From positions 80,478,001 to 80,542,000 of the forward strand of contig NC_086097.1 of the NCBI RefSeq assembly GCF_963921235.1: a DNA stretch of 64,000 nucleotides, read 5' to 3'. The notes beneath the pieces were generated by a model that had not been told where the DNA came from, did not search any database, and saw nothing but the letters and a program-made list of their open reading frames with translations. How positions within the stretch are numbered: position 1 is the stretch's first letter; every line of letters begins with the position of its first letter. Source of the DNA: Mobula hypostoma. Its lineage: Eukaryota. Made by a program: the position numbers and the translations under genes. Shown here piece after piece: positions 1-11,546 of this stretch.

Positions 1-2537
1 GAATACCGTAAGCAGGTGCTTCTTGATATGTCCCAAGTTAAAAGGTTGAGAAATCTATAGTGATCATCTAACAACTACCTGTGTGCTTTAACTATCTGTT
101 ATAAATGTCACCCATTGATTTACGTCACTGTATTCTGACTTACTTGTGCATACAGAAGGTGCACTTTATGTTATAGAATCAGATGCCTTCAGAAAATATG
201 ACCAAATATTTGGACTCTTGTTCCACATTTAGAGCAATGTTCAGTATTTGGATGCTGAAGCCTTTACATGGTAGAAAGAAAGAACAAACTCAATTTCTCA
301 GTTAATACCCAATAGGGCAAGTCATCAAGCTGTACAATACTCACACTGTAAATGATAAAGAATTCAGCCAGAAATGGTAAACAGGATGATGTGGCATCAA
401 GTCAATAAATATTGTGTTATCTCATTCTCTTTGGTACAATTATATTTATAAAAACATTTACAACAAATAATATATAATAATGGGTTATATTTTGCAATGT
501 AATTAAGAGCGGTTGGAATTAGTTTGACCATAGTGTTAGGTTTCTAAGCACTTTTTGTTTGCTTTGCAAGTTGTGGAAATTATAAACAGACAACAGTATG
601 AGAAAACTGGGATCTGGGACATGAATAAACAAGAAGACAAACTGTGTACTTCTTTAACTAATCAGATTTATGTAGATAGTCCACTTAGAAGCATAGAACA
701 GTTGAATGCAAGGTAGCATACAGAAAGAGAAATTGGTGTAGAAAAATTAAATCAGGTGAAAGAAAAACAAAGACAGAAATCTAAAAAACAAGTGTGTTTT
801 AAAATACAACATCTTAAAACTTTCCCCCAAAGCATTTGCACCAGGTCTGGTTAATTTCTAGTGTTGGGAAAGTGGTGCAGAGATGGCATTGAAGTAGGGT
901 TAAGCCCTAATATTGGGACTATGCCAAACACCCTGGTATCAAATCTCATAGTCCAACCATGAAGTCCAGGTGAAAACAGTCAGCCTCACTCCAAAAGGAT
1001 GCTAGAGTCCAGTGATGTGGCCTCTGGTCTCACAGGGAGAAGACCTATCATTAAACTATACATTTGTCTTCAGGAGACTTTAAGAAAATGAGGGAATTCA
1101 AGATAAAAATTGGGAAATCAATTAATATTTGAATCTTTAATAAACAACTAAAACACATAAACAATTAAACTCTAAAAAAGAACATTTTTTTCTTAGTATC
1201 TAACTTTCCCTCCATGCCTCTCACATTTTTCTCTTTCAATCCCTATTGAAGTCAATCAGGCTTCCAGATCCTGAACTAGGTAAGGGGTGGGCAGCTCTCT
1301 TACGGTGCTGAATTCATAAGATGATTCCTTAGGGTGAAGCTGGGTAAACTCAGCAAGTTTGGGCTTCACTGCTGACCTCCAGGTGGAATCCAATTGGGGA
1401 ATGAAATATCAGATTTAGGCTTTTCAATCTGTCAACTCAATTTTAAATTTTCATGTCTGACAGTGCCCATTCCTGGGTTTGGGACTTTCTGCAGCTTTTA
1501 CAGCTGAACTTTAGTGATCCTGGTCAGAACTGCCAGCAATAGCCAGCAAGATCAGCCCATTACCTCAAAGGTTTGGGAAGGAGCATTGATGTGCAAAGTC
1601 TATGGAGCATGAATCTTTTGCTTGAATGCAGGATAAAATCTAACTTTTTTTGCCATACTTGTGGAAAATAAATGTATGCACTGGAACTGGACCCACTGAT
1701 GCATGTTTTGATCCATAGAAATATTATTTTGCCAATATTATATAATGTTAGTAATCACATCCAGATCATAAGTAAAACTGGCTTAGTGCACTGGACATTT
1801 GTGCAGCTTGAGACACATCCAATGACATTAATCAATGTTCATTAGTCATGCAGTATTTAATGACCTTATGCAATGTACACGCTCCGTTTCCAATTTTATC
1901 CACAGAAATTGGCTGTTAATAAGGCAGCATAATGACTTTCATTTATAGCCTCCAAGAAACCAGGGAACAAACCATTTAGCAGGTTTGCAAGAAGGTGTGA
2001 CTTAAGTAGCCCACGCTCTCCTATCTTTGTATTGCTCTCTGTTTCCGTGACTCTCAGGTTTTATTCATCAGTGTATTTACAACAAGTTTCTGCTACACGT
2101 CTCTTAAATTACGGCAGTCCTTCTATATAATTCATTGCATTGCAGTCTCTGTCAGTGTGATGATCATGTGCAATCACTCGTGCTATGGACTTAATCTTTG
2201 CAGATGATTGTGTGGTGGATGGGGATAGCAAGAAACAACGGTGTTTATGTCTACACCCCTGATCTCCATGGTAGCTTTTCGTCAGCTGCTCAGTGATTGC
2301 CATGGAATGAGCTTGGTTAAGAGTCTGATAACCTTCTCATGCTTCATAGTAACTGAACTTTAGCTAGCAGTCATCATCAGGAAATGTGCAAAGTTTTTAC
2401 ACATGGATTAGAGTAAAAATCACTCCTACAATTAATTAGTTCCTTTTTTTGTAAATTTTCAGATTTTTTGCAGGTTGTCTGATCGAGCACAGGTCAACAT
2501 ACAGCATCTGTTCAACACACTATAAAAGGGGTGAATC

Positions 2538-3140
2538 AATCACAAAGAAGAGAAAATCTGCAAATGATGGAAATCCAAGCAACACACACACAAAATGCTG
2601 GAGGAACTCAGCAGGCCAGGCAGCATCAATGGACAGGAGTACAGTCAATGTTTCCGGCCGAGATCCTTCCTCAAGACTGGAGGAAAAAAATGAGGAGTCA
2701 AAGTTAGAAGGTGGAGGGAGAGGAGGAAGAAACACAAGTTGATAGGTGAAACTGGGAGGGTGGAGGGGTGAAGCAAAGAAATGGGAAGTCGATTGGTGAA
2801 GGAGATACAGGGCTGGAGAAGGGGCGATCTAATAGGAGAGGACAGAAGGCCGTGGAAGAAAGAAAAGGGGGAGGAGGTCCAGACAGAGGCAATAGGCAGA
2901 TAAGGAGATAAGGTAAGAGGGGGAAAAGGGGATGGGGAATGATGGGGGGGTGGGGGTGGGGCGGCCATTACTGGAAATCCAAGAAAACAATTTTCATGCC
3001 GTCAGGTTGGAGGCTACCCAGATGGATAAGATTTTACTCCTCCAACCTGAGTGTGGCCTCATCGCAACAGTAGAGGAGGCCATGGATTGGCATGTCAGAA
3101 TGGGAATGGGAAGTGGAATTAAAGTGGGTGGCCACTGGGA
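2538..3140 (-). mobile_element. Penelope-like element (PLE) 3' fragment: end of GIY-YIG region plus pseudo-LTR with decayed hammerhead
   Basis: Aligns by eye to the better-preserved copy at 4495-5252. Degenerate hammerhead core at 2643-2678 (minus reads AGTCTTGAGGAAGGATCTCGGCCGGAAACATTGACT). Confidence 0.8.
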
Positions 3141-3386
3141 AGGTGAACTTCAGTTTCTAGGCATGGTATTCCTGACATATGAAAAGTGGTTTTGAACAGT
3201 GTACTCTGTTAGTCTTATCTTAGTTCCTTGCACATGACTTGTTATGAAATGTCAATTACAAGGAGCAGACATCCAGGCCTGAAACAAAATGCTTCAGGCC
3301 GTTCAAAGCAACAATTGTACTGAATGACACACATAAAAGTTGCTGGTGAACACAGCAGGCCAGGCAGCATCTCTAGGAAGAGGTGC

Positions 3387-3422
3387 AGTCGACGTTTCAG
3401 GCTGAGACCCTTCGTCAGGACT
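3387..3422 (-). ncRNA. Minimal type I hammerhead ribozyme motif in PLE pseudo-LTR
   Basis: Minus strand reads AGTC-CTGACGA-AGGGTCTCAGCCT-GAAAC-GTC-GACT: intact CUGANGA and GAAA boxes, GUC triplet, stem I AGTC/GACT, stem II AGG/CCT. Confidence 0.8.
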
Positions 3423-3705
3423 AACTGAAGGAAGAGTGAGTAAGGGATTTGAAAGTTGGAGGGGGAGGGGGAGATCCAAAATGATAGGAGAAGACAGGAG
3501 GGGGAGGGATGGAGCCAAGAGCTGGACAGGTGATAGGCAAAAGGAATAAGAGAGGATCATGGGACAGGAGGTCGGGGAAGAAAGACAAGGGGGGGGGGAC
3601 CCAGAGGATGGGCAAGGGGTATATTCAGAGGGACAAAGGAGAGTGAGAGAAAGACTGTGTGTATAAAAATAAGTAACAGATGGGGTACGAGGGGGAGGTG
3701 GGGCA

Positions 3706-4495
3706 TTAGCAGAAGTTAGAGAAGTCGATGTTCATGCCATCAGGTTGGAGGCTACCCAGACGGAATATAAGGTGTTCCTCCAACCTGAGTGTGGCTTCAT
3801 CTTTACAGTAGAGGAGGCCGTGGATAGACATGTCAGAATGGGAATGGGATGTGGAATTAAAATGTGTGGCCACTGGGAGATCCTGCTTTCTCTGGCGGAC
3901 AGAGCGTAGATGTTCAGCAAAGCGGTCTCCCAGTCTGCGTCGGGTCTCGCCAATATATAAAAGGCCACATCGGGAGCACCGGACGCAGTATATCACCCCA
4001 GCCGACTCACAGGTGAAGTGTTGTCTCACCTGGAAGGACTGTTTAGGGTCCTGAATGGTGGTAAGGGAGGAAGTGTAAGGGCATGTGTAGCACTTGTTCC
4101 GCTTACACGGATAAGTGCCAGGAGGGAGATCAGTGGGGAGGGATGGGGGGGGAATGAATGGACAAGGGAGTTGCGTAGGGAGCGATCCCTGCGGAATGCA
4201 GAGAGAGGAGGGGAGGGAAAGATGTGCTTAGTGGTGGGATCGCGTTGGAGGTGGCGGAAGTTACGGAGAATAATATGTTGGACCCGGAGGCTGGTGAGGT
4301 GGTAGGTGAGGACCAGGGGAACCCTATTCCTAGTGGGGTGGCGGGAGGATGGAGTGAGAGCAGATGTACGTGAAATGGGGGAGATGCGTTTAAGAGCAGA
4401 GTTGAGAGTGGAGGAAGGGAAGCCCCTTTCTTTAAAAAAGGAGGACATCTCCCTCGTCCTCGAATGAAAAGCCTCATCCTGAGAGCAGATGCGGC
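3706..4495 (-). pseudogene. PLE polyprotein C-terminal fragment (RT thumb/linker plus GIY-YIG endonuclease), 5'-truncated
   Basis: Translations RICSQDEAFHSR...RVPLVLTYH and FTCESAGVIYCVRCSRCGLLYIGETRRRLGDRFAEH: GIY-YIG motif with the PLE-type CxxC between VIY and YIG. Confidence 0.88.
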
Positions 4496-4833
4496 AGTCC
4501 TTCCAGGTGAGGCAACACTTTACCTGTGAGTCGGCTGGGGTGATATACTGCATCTGGTGCTCCCGATGTGGCTTTTTATATATTGGCGAGACCCGACGCA
4601 GACTGGGAGACCGCTTTGCTGAACATCTACGCTCTGTTCGCCAGAGAAAGCAGGATCTCCCAGTGGCCACACATTTTAATTCCACATCCCATTCCCATTC
4701 TGACATGTCTATCCACGGCCTCCTCTACTGTAAAGATGAAGCCACACTCAGGTTGGAGGAACAACACCTTATATTCCGTCTGGGTAGCCTCCAACCTGAT
4801 GGCATGAACATCGACTTCTCTAACTTCCGCTAA
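4495..4833 (+). pseudogene. PLE GIY-YIG endonuclease domain fragment (right arm), open to its stop codon
   Basis: ORF 4489..4833: QSFQVRQHFTCESAGVIYCIWCSRCGFLYIGETRRRLGDRFAEH...VATHFN...LEEQHLIFRLGSLQPDGMNIDFSNFR*. Confidence 0.88.
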
Positions 4834-5121
4834 TGCCCCACCTCCCCCTCGTACCCCATCTGTTACTTATTTTTATACACACATTCTTTCTCTCACTCTC
4901 CTTTGTCCCTTTGAATATACCCCTTGCCCATCCTCTGGGTCGTTCCCCCCCCCGCCGTCTTTCTTCCCGGACCTCCTGTCCCATGATCCTCTCGTATCCC
5001 CTTTTGCCAATCACCTGTCCAGCTCTTGGCTCCATCTCTCCCCCTCCTGTCTTCTGCTATCATTTTGGATCTCCCCCTCCCCCTCCAACTTTCAAATCCC
5101 TTACTCACTCTTCCTTCAGTT

Positions 5122-5157
5122 AGTCCTGACGAAGGGTCTCGGCCTGAAACGTTGACT
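5122..5157 (+). ncRNA. Minimal type I hammerhead ribozyme motif in PLE pseudo-LTR
   Basis: AGTC-CTGACGA-AGGGTCTCGGCCT-GAAAC-GTT-GACT: intact core, GUU triplet, self-complementary AACGTT in the stem III position. Confidence 0.8.
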
Positions 5158-5369
5158 GCACCTCTTCCTAGAGATGCTGCCTGGCCTGCTGCGTTCACTA
5201 GCAACTTTTATGTGTGTTGCTTGAATTTCCAGCATCTGCAGAATTCCTGTTGATTGTACTGAATGACACATCACTTTTCAGAACAGTGTCATCTCATTGG
5301 TGGGCATACTGTTGAGACTTCAAGGATGTACAACTTGGACTCGGGCCAGCATAGCTGAAGAAAGAATTC

Positions 5370-5612
5370 CATTGTCTATAAAGTCTTTCATATTCACAGT
5401 ATGGTCCAAGGTGCTTCACAACTAACGATCTATCTCTTGAAGTGTAGTTCCTGCTCCAGTGTGGGAAACAAAGGAGCTAATTTACAGATAATACTGATAC
5501 AATAACAATGCAGTAACAGCAAAATAACTGCTTTAAGTGATCTTGTTCAACTGACGAAGACAGTACTCTGGCTAAAGAAGTAGCTTTTCTACTTTGAATT
5601 CAAGTGTGCTGT
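5370..5612 (-). mobile_element. Possible highly decayed DeuSINE-type (AmnSINE1/SacSINE1-like) ancient SINE remnant
   Basis: CCAAGGTGCTTCACA...TTGAAGTGTAGT...GTGGGAAAC...GCTAATTT resembles, from memory, the reverse complement of the Deu domain and L2-type tail. Similarity is weak. Confidence 0.35.
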
Positions 5613-6619
5613 GACGTCAATGTAATGGGTGATTTTTAAATGCAAACATTCTATAAGGATGCTTTTTAAAATTTACCTTTATTAACTGTTAACATGGCAG
5701 ATACAACTCTGAAAATAAATTCCTCCTTTGAATGCAGATGTAAAGGGAAGTAAATCTGGGTATACTGAGACAATACCATGTAGGGTTGATTTTAATGTTG
5801 ACAGTGCTCTTGTCGAATATGTCTCATATTGAAATATCTGTCAATCTAATTTGAAAGCTATTTTGATGCCTCTGTCTCTCACCATCAGCTGAGCTCAGAT
5901 TACGGTGCCAGTTCCCCCAATTCAACAATTTGGGAATGATGATGCTGGAGTTAATGACGGATGTGACACATAGACGGTCCATTTTACAAACTTAAAATTA
6001 TTGGCTCTCTGTGATTGTCAGAAGGTTCATTTTGCAATGTTACCGGTATGGTAACTGAAGGCAGTAAACTGTACTGATTAATATACGTCAGCATTAATTG
6101 AATATCATCTTTCAGAATCATAAATCACAGCATAAGGGCCTCAGTTTTCAATTACTTATTTTAAAAATATGCAGTGATTTATATTAATGAATATATATGT
6201 TCAAAGTATGGAGTAATTTTTAATTTACCTGAATTAGAGAAGTCTTTTTAATGCCCCTAACCCTGTTAATAGTATGTAATAACTTGCAGTTGTCTTCAAG
6301 TGACTTTAAGAGTGATGGTGATTTATTGTTAATCTCCCTCTAGTAGTGGTTGGACGACAACTCAAAAGAAAATAGCTTTGAATGCAGTGAAAAGGTGCTG
6401 AACCAGGAGTGGTTCCTCAAAATTGTAGGCAATGAAAATGCTGATTGGATGGGATTGCAAATACTGCCAATTACTTTCTCACTTTCTACCTCAAACCCCT
6501 TAACCTTCCCAATACTACATGTTTCTACATTGCCAGTCAACCGATTATCACTGTGTTGCATGGAATTACTCCCTGTATATTTGAAGCTGAGGCAGGGCTG
6601 GGGTGGGGGGAGCAAAAAA

Positions 6620-7822
6620 TATGTACACGCAAAATGCTGGAGGAACTCAGCAGGCCAGGCAGCATCTCCAGAAAGAAGAAAACAGTCTAGGTTTTGGGCC
6701 GAGACCCTTCATCAGGACTGGAAAAGAGAGATGGGAAGTCAGTGTAAGCAGGTGGGGGGAGGGGAGGAGGTGATAAGTGAAACTGGGAGGGAGGAAGGAT
6801 GAAGTAAAGATCTGAGAAGTTATCTGGTAAAAAGAGATTAAAAAACTGGAGAAGGAGGAATCTGATTAGAGAGGATAGCAGGCATTGGAAGAAAGGGAAG
6901 GGAGAAGAGTACCAGAGGGAGGTGATGGGCAGGTAAGTAGATAAGATGAGAGAAAGAAATGGGAATGGGGAATGGTGAAGGAGAAGGGGAAGGGGGCAAT
7001 TACTGGAAGTTTGAGAAATCGATGTTCATGCCATCAAGTTGGAAGATACCCAGATGGAATACAAGGTGTTACTCCTCCAACCTGACTGTGGCCTCATCAT
7101 GGCAATAGAAGAGGCCATGGACTGACATGTCGGAATGGGAATGGAAAGTAGAATTGAAATCAGTGGACACTGGGAGATCCCACTTTTTATGGCAGATGGA
7201 GCGTAGGTGCTTGATGAAATGGTCTCCCAATCTACTTTGGATCTCACCTATATACAGGAGGCCACACTGGGAGCACAGGATACAGTGGATAACCCCAACA
7301 TACTCACAGGTGAAGTGTTGCCTCACCTGGAAAGGCTGTTAAGGGCCCTGCATGTTAATGGGGGAGGAAGTGTTGCACTTTTCTGCTTGCAAGGATAAAT
7401 ACCAGGAGGGAGATCAGTGGGGAGGGTCAAACAGACAAAGGAGTCACGATCCCTGCAGAAAGCAGAAAATGGGGGGGCGGGGGAGATGTGCTTGGTGCTG
7501 GAATCCTGTTGGAGATAGTGAAAGTTATGGAGAATTATGTGCTGGACGTGGAGGCTGGTGGGGTGGTAGATGAAATTACGACGTCCAGCATATAATTCTC
7601 TGTAACTTCTGCCATCTCTAACCCACTGTCATTTCCAATCAGATTCCACCTTCTCCAGCCCTGCATCTCTTTCAGCAATTAACTTCCCAGCTCTTTACTT
7701 CACCCCTCCCTCACTCCAGTTTTCACCTATCACCTACTACCTTGTATGTCTTCCTCTCCTCTGCATCCCCTCCCCTTACTCTGACTTCTCATCTCCGTTT
7801 TACAGTCCCAATGAAGGGTCTC
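6620..7822. mobile_element. Older PLE copy (minus, 6620-7570) followed by a local inversion and a plus-strand pseudo-LTR piece (7579-7822)
   Basis: Decayed GIY-YIG ORF 7069..7326 (FTCEYVGVIHCILCSQCGLLYIGE). Hammerhead remnant at 6684-6719 with GAAA changed to AAAA. 7579-7620 is an imperfect reverse complement of about 7510-7550. Confidence 0.8.
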
Positions 7823-8793
7823 TGGTGGACAGAGTGTGGAGGTACAGTGAAACGATCTCCCAGCCTGCATCGGGTCTCGCCAATATATAGAAGGCTGCAT
7901 CAGGAGCACCGGATGCAGTATATCGCCCCAGCCGACTCACAGGTGAAGTGTCACCTCACATGGAAGGACTGTCTGGGGCCCTGAATGGTGGTGAGGGAGG
8001 AAGTGTAAGGGCATGTATAGCACTTGTTCTGTTTACAAGGATAAGTGCTGGGAGGGAGATCAGTGGGGAGGGATGGGGGGGACGAATGGACAAAGAAGTT
8101 GCGTAGGGAGTGATCCCTGCAGAAAGCGGGGGTGGGGGTGGGGAGGGAAAGATGTGCTTAGTGGTGGGATCCCGTTGGAGGTGGTGGAAGTTATGGAGAA
8201 TTATATGTTGGACCCGGAGGCTGATGGGGTGGTAGGTGAGGACCAGGGGAACCCTATTCCTAGTGGGATGGTGGGAGGATGGAGTGAGAGCAGTTGTGCG
8301 TGAAATGGGGGAGATGCATTTGAGAGCAGAGTTGATAGTGGAGGGAGGGAAGCCCCTTTCTTTAAAAAAGGAGGACATCTCCTTCGTCCTGGAATGAAAA
8401 GCCTCATCCTGAGAACAGATGCGGCGGAGACCGAGGAATTGCGAGAAGGGAATAGCAATTTTGCAAGAGATAGGGTGAGAAGAGGAATAGTCCAGATAGC
8501 TGTGAGAGTCAGTAGGCTTACAGTAGACATCAGTAGATAAGCTGTCTCCAGAGATAGAGACAGAAAGACCTAGAAAGGGGAGGGAGGTTTCGGAAATGGA
8601 CCAGGTAAACTTGAGGGCAGGGTGAAAGTTGGAGGCAAAGTTAATGAAGTCAACAAGCTCAGCATGCGTGCAGGAAGCAGCGCCAATGCAGTTGTCCATG
8701 TAGCAAAGGAAAAGTGGGGGACAGATACCAGCAACACACATCAAAGTTGCTGGTGAACGCAGCAGGCCAGGCAGCATCTCTAAGAAGAGGTAC

Positions 8794-8828
8794 AGTCGAC
8801 GTTTCAGGCCAAGACCCTTTGTCAGGAC
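8794..8828 (-). ncRNA. Hammerhead motif with core mutation (CUGACAA), probably inactive
   Basis: Minus strand reads GTC-CTGACAA-AGGGTCTTGGCCT-GAAAC-GTC-GACT. Confidence 0.6.
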
Positions 8829-8910
8829 GAACTGAATGAGAGCTAGTAAGAGATTTGAAAGTGGGAGGGGGAGGGGGAGATCCAAAATGATACTAGCTCT
8901 TCCTTCAGTT

Positions 8911-8946
8911 AGTCCTGACGAAGGGTCTCGGCCTGAAATGTCGACT
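8911..8946 (+). ncRNA. Minimal type I hammerhead ribozyme motif
   Basis: AGTC-CTGACGA-AGGGTCTCGGCCT-GAAAT-GTC-GACT: catalytic boxes intact, stem III C changed to T. Confidence 0.7.
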
Positions 8947-10999
8947 CTACCTCTTCCTAGAGATACTGCCTGGCCTGCTGCGTTCACCAGCAACTTTGAA
9001 GTGTGTTACTTGAATTTCCAGCATCTGCAGAATTCCTCGTGTTTGCGACAGATACCGGTATAGGCTTGGAACATGGATTGTTTCACAAAGCCAACAAAAA
9101 GGCAGGCATAGATGGGACCCATATGAGTGCCCATGGCTACACCTTTAGTTTGGAGGAAGTGGGAGGAGCCAAAGGAGAAATTATTAAGAGTAATGACTAA
9201 TTCCGCTAGACGGAGCGGAGTGGTGGTAGAGGGGAAATGGTTAGGTCTGGAATCCAAAAAGAACCGGAAAGCTTTAAGACCTTTCTGATGGGGGATGGAA
9301 GTATATAGGGACTGGACATCCATGGTGAAAATAAAGTGGTGGGGGCCAGGGAACTTAAAATCATTGAAAAGTTTCAGAGCGTGAGAGGTGTCACGAACGT
9401 AGGTAGGAAGGGATTGAACAAAGGGGGATTAAACCGTGTCGAGGTATGCAGAAACAAGTTTGGTGGGGCAGGAGCAAGCTGAGACAATAGGTCGGCCAGG
9501 ACAGGCAGGTTTGTGGATCTTGGGTAGGAGGTATGAACGGGAAGTGCGGGGTGTGGGAACTATAAGGTTGGTAGCAGTGGATGGGAGATCCCCTGAGCGG
9601 ATAAAGTTGGTGACGGTGAACGAAATCGGCTCTCGCCCCCAACTTGAGCCGAAGTTTAAATTGTCTAAACAGCGCATTGTCCCTCACACTAGGACCCAGA
9701 CACCAATACTGGGCCCTCGCCCTAGACCATGCTGCCCAGCAACTCAATCCAGGCCAGGGTTTCACCTCCCAGCCTGAAGCCACTCTCAAGCTCTTTAAAT
9801 CAGCTTGGTGCCCAGAGCGATCCAACTATGAACCCGGGCCAGTTGAATGAAAAAGCATCAGAACTTCTCTGCCTGAGATTCTGCAATACACCATCTCAGC
9901 TCATCCCCTGAACTCGCTTCGCCATCATTCAACTCTTCACTGTTTGCGTTGATAATTGAACACGGTTTCCTCGGAAAGGGAACTTTCAGTTATGTTTTTA
10001 ATCAGATATCTTAGCTTTTTGAGGAGCAGAAGCTGTTGCTCACGTTCAGTAGCACCATCTTAACCAGAAGTTAAGTAGTCAGGGGTATCACCTTACCAAT
10101 GCGCTGAACCCACATCACATTCTGCATGAAGGACAGCAGCTACAGACCAAACTTTCCTCAAAGACCACCTTGAATGAACTGGCTCTCTCAGGAGTATTGG
10201 CACTTCCTCCTTGGAGCCATTCATCTGCACAAAGCACTTCTTACAACGGATCTCCCCCTCGAGCAGTATTCTCCCACGTCTTCCCTTGTGCCCTGCTCTA
10301 CAGCCTCTGTACCAAAAAGACCCCAAACCAGACCACTGTCTTTCAGAAACCTGATTGGCAGACACAACGTTGCTAAATTGGACAACATGTTTCCTTATCT
10401 TTAGCCGAAGCCAAAACACTCTTACCAGCGGGAAGCACTGCTTTACAGAACTGCTAAAATAAAAATCCTCACAGCATAGCAGTGGAAATCTTAACCAGGA
10501 TATTACACAAGCGAAGATTTGCTGCAATTTATCTTATAATATTGCTCTGATAGATGATTTCATTTCCAAAGGGTTAACTTCTAGTGTTAAATATTCTATT
10601 TAGAGAGTTGATCCCAAAAAGGCATGTACAGATGTTTGATTATGCACGTTACATTAGTTTTGAGATTGAGGGTCATTATGGTCCAATTAAGAATATTTCT
10701 AGCCATTATGTGAGACAGTCTTTATTCTTGTGCGCAATGAGCTTTATTAAACCAAACATAAGCTTATTCAGAAAAAAACCAGAGATTCCTGGAAACATTC
10801 AGCACGTCACACAACATCTGTGGAACCAAGGTTATGGCCAAAGGCCTTTGACAGGAACCAACCAATTTTCTCTTGTAAGCTTATCCATAAGTAAATTGAT
10901 TTTCATTGATATTCTTGGAAGCTTCATATAATCCTCCAGAGAAGACTTCATTGCCTTGCAATTGGTTGGCCTTAAAAAAAGTGCTTTTGTGAGCTGGTA

Positions 11000-11420
11000 T
11001 TGTAAACCAGTGGGTTGTTGTTAGGTCTCCCGCTCGCTGTGAAAAGGGGGGTCACCTCCCTCTCCCTTATTAGAGAGAGAGAGAGAACCTGTGGTTTGTT
11101 GAATGCCGGATGAAATGTGATTGTCTTTGGGGTAACTGCAAGTCTGTGTCTTTGTTATCGCCCAGCTCATGCTTGTGATTGATGGCAGGAGTGCTTTTTT
11201 TTGCCAGTGGGGAAGCGGGGGGGGGGTGTGGTCACTGCCTTGCTGCCGCTTATGCAGGGGTGGGGGAAGCTGGGGGGGGCTTTGGGGTTCTCACGTTTAA
11301 TTGTCATTCATTCTTTGGGGCGCTTCTGTTTTTCGTGGATGTTTACGAAGAAAAAGCATTTCAGGATGTATATTGTATACATTTCTCTGACATTAAATTG
11401 GACCTTTGAACCTTTGAAAC
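11000..11420 (+). mobile_element. 3' UTR/tail of a non-LTR retroelement (Rex1/Babar-like)
   Basis: Ends in ATTAAA followed by the short repeat CCTTTGAA x2. Similar in style to the tail downstream of the Rex1-type ORF at 62620-63921. No coding evidence here. Confidence 0.4.
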
Positions 11421-11546
11421 TTTGGTACATGGGAAACCAATTTGCTTTATGTCAACATCTCTGGTGCACACAAAGCTGCTCCTTGTCTCTGCATCAGATT
11501 CCCTGACCACTTCTCTTGTTATGCTAATACCACTCATTAAATATGT

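Larger units (their letters stand above)
3327..5252. mobile_element. Young Penelope-like insertion with fold-back structure: minus arm 3327-4495, plus arm 4495-5252
   Basis: 3327-4041 is a near-perfect reverse complement of 4495-5217. Flanked by the direct repeat ATTGTACTGAATGACACA (3314-3331 and 5253-5270), read as a TSD. Both arms encode a GIY-YIG domain. Confidence 0.93.
8730..9046. mobile_element. 317-bp non-coding palindromic mini-PLE (two inverted pseudo-LTR ends) nested in the PLE RT gene
   Basis: Arms 8731-8848 and 8891-9009 are reverse complements. Flanked by GACAGATACC at 8720-8729 and 9047-9056. Removing it restores QAYTGICPPLFLCYMDNC. Confidence 0.9.
7823..9619 (-). pseudogene. 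PLE reverse transcriptase through start of GIY-YIG, interrupted at 8730-9046
   Basis: PLE RT motifs YLLPKIHKPACPGRPIVS, MDVQSLYTSIP, QTKGVAMGTHMGPIYACLFVG, FLCYMDNC (decayed YxDD), FHPALKFT, LPFL, VYCKPTDSHSYLDYSSSHP. Confidence 0.92.

Noticed and set aside
2109..2303. 64-aa minus ORF in unique sequence
   Set aside because: No recognisable motif or splice context, and the length is compatible with chance.
4026..4706. 226-aa ORF as a novel protein
   Set aside because: It reads antisense through one arm and sense through the other across the inversion junction, so it is a by-product of the fold-back.
7956..8993. 345-aa ORF as a functional gene
   Set aside because: It is a chimera of the mini-element and PLE RT. 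The catalytic motif is decayed to YMDN and the N-terminal RT motifs are cut off.
9967..9988. TTCCTCGGAA (STAT6-like) next to GGGAACTTTC (NF-kB-like)
   Set aside because: Short motifs like these are expected by chance in 64 kb, and there is no linked gene or conservation evidence.
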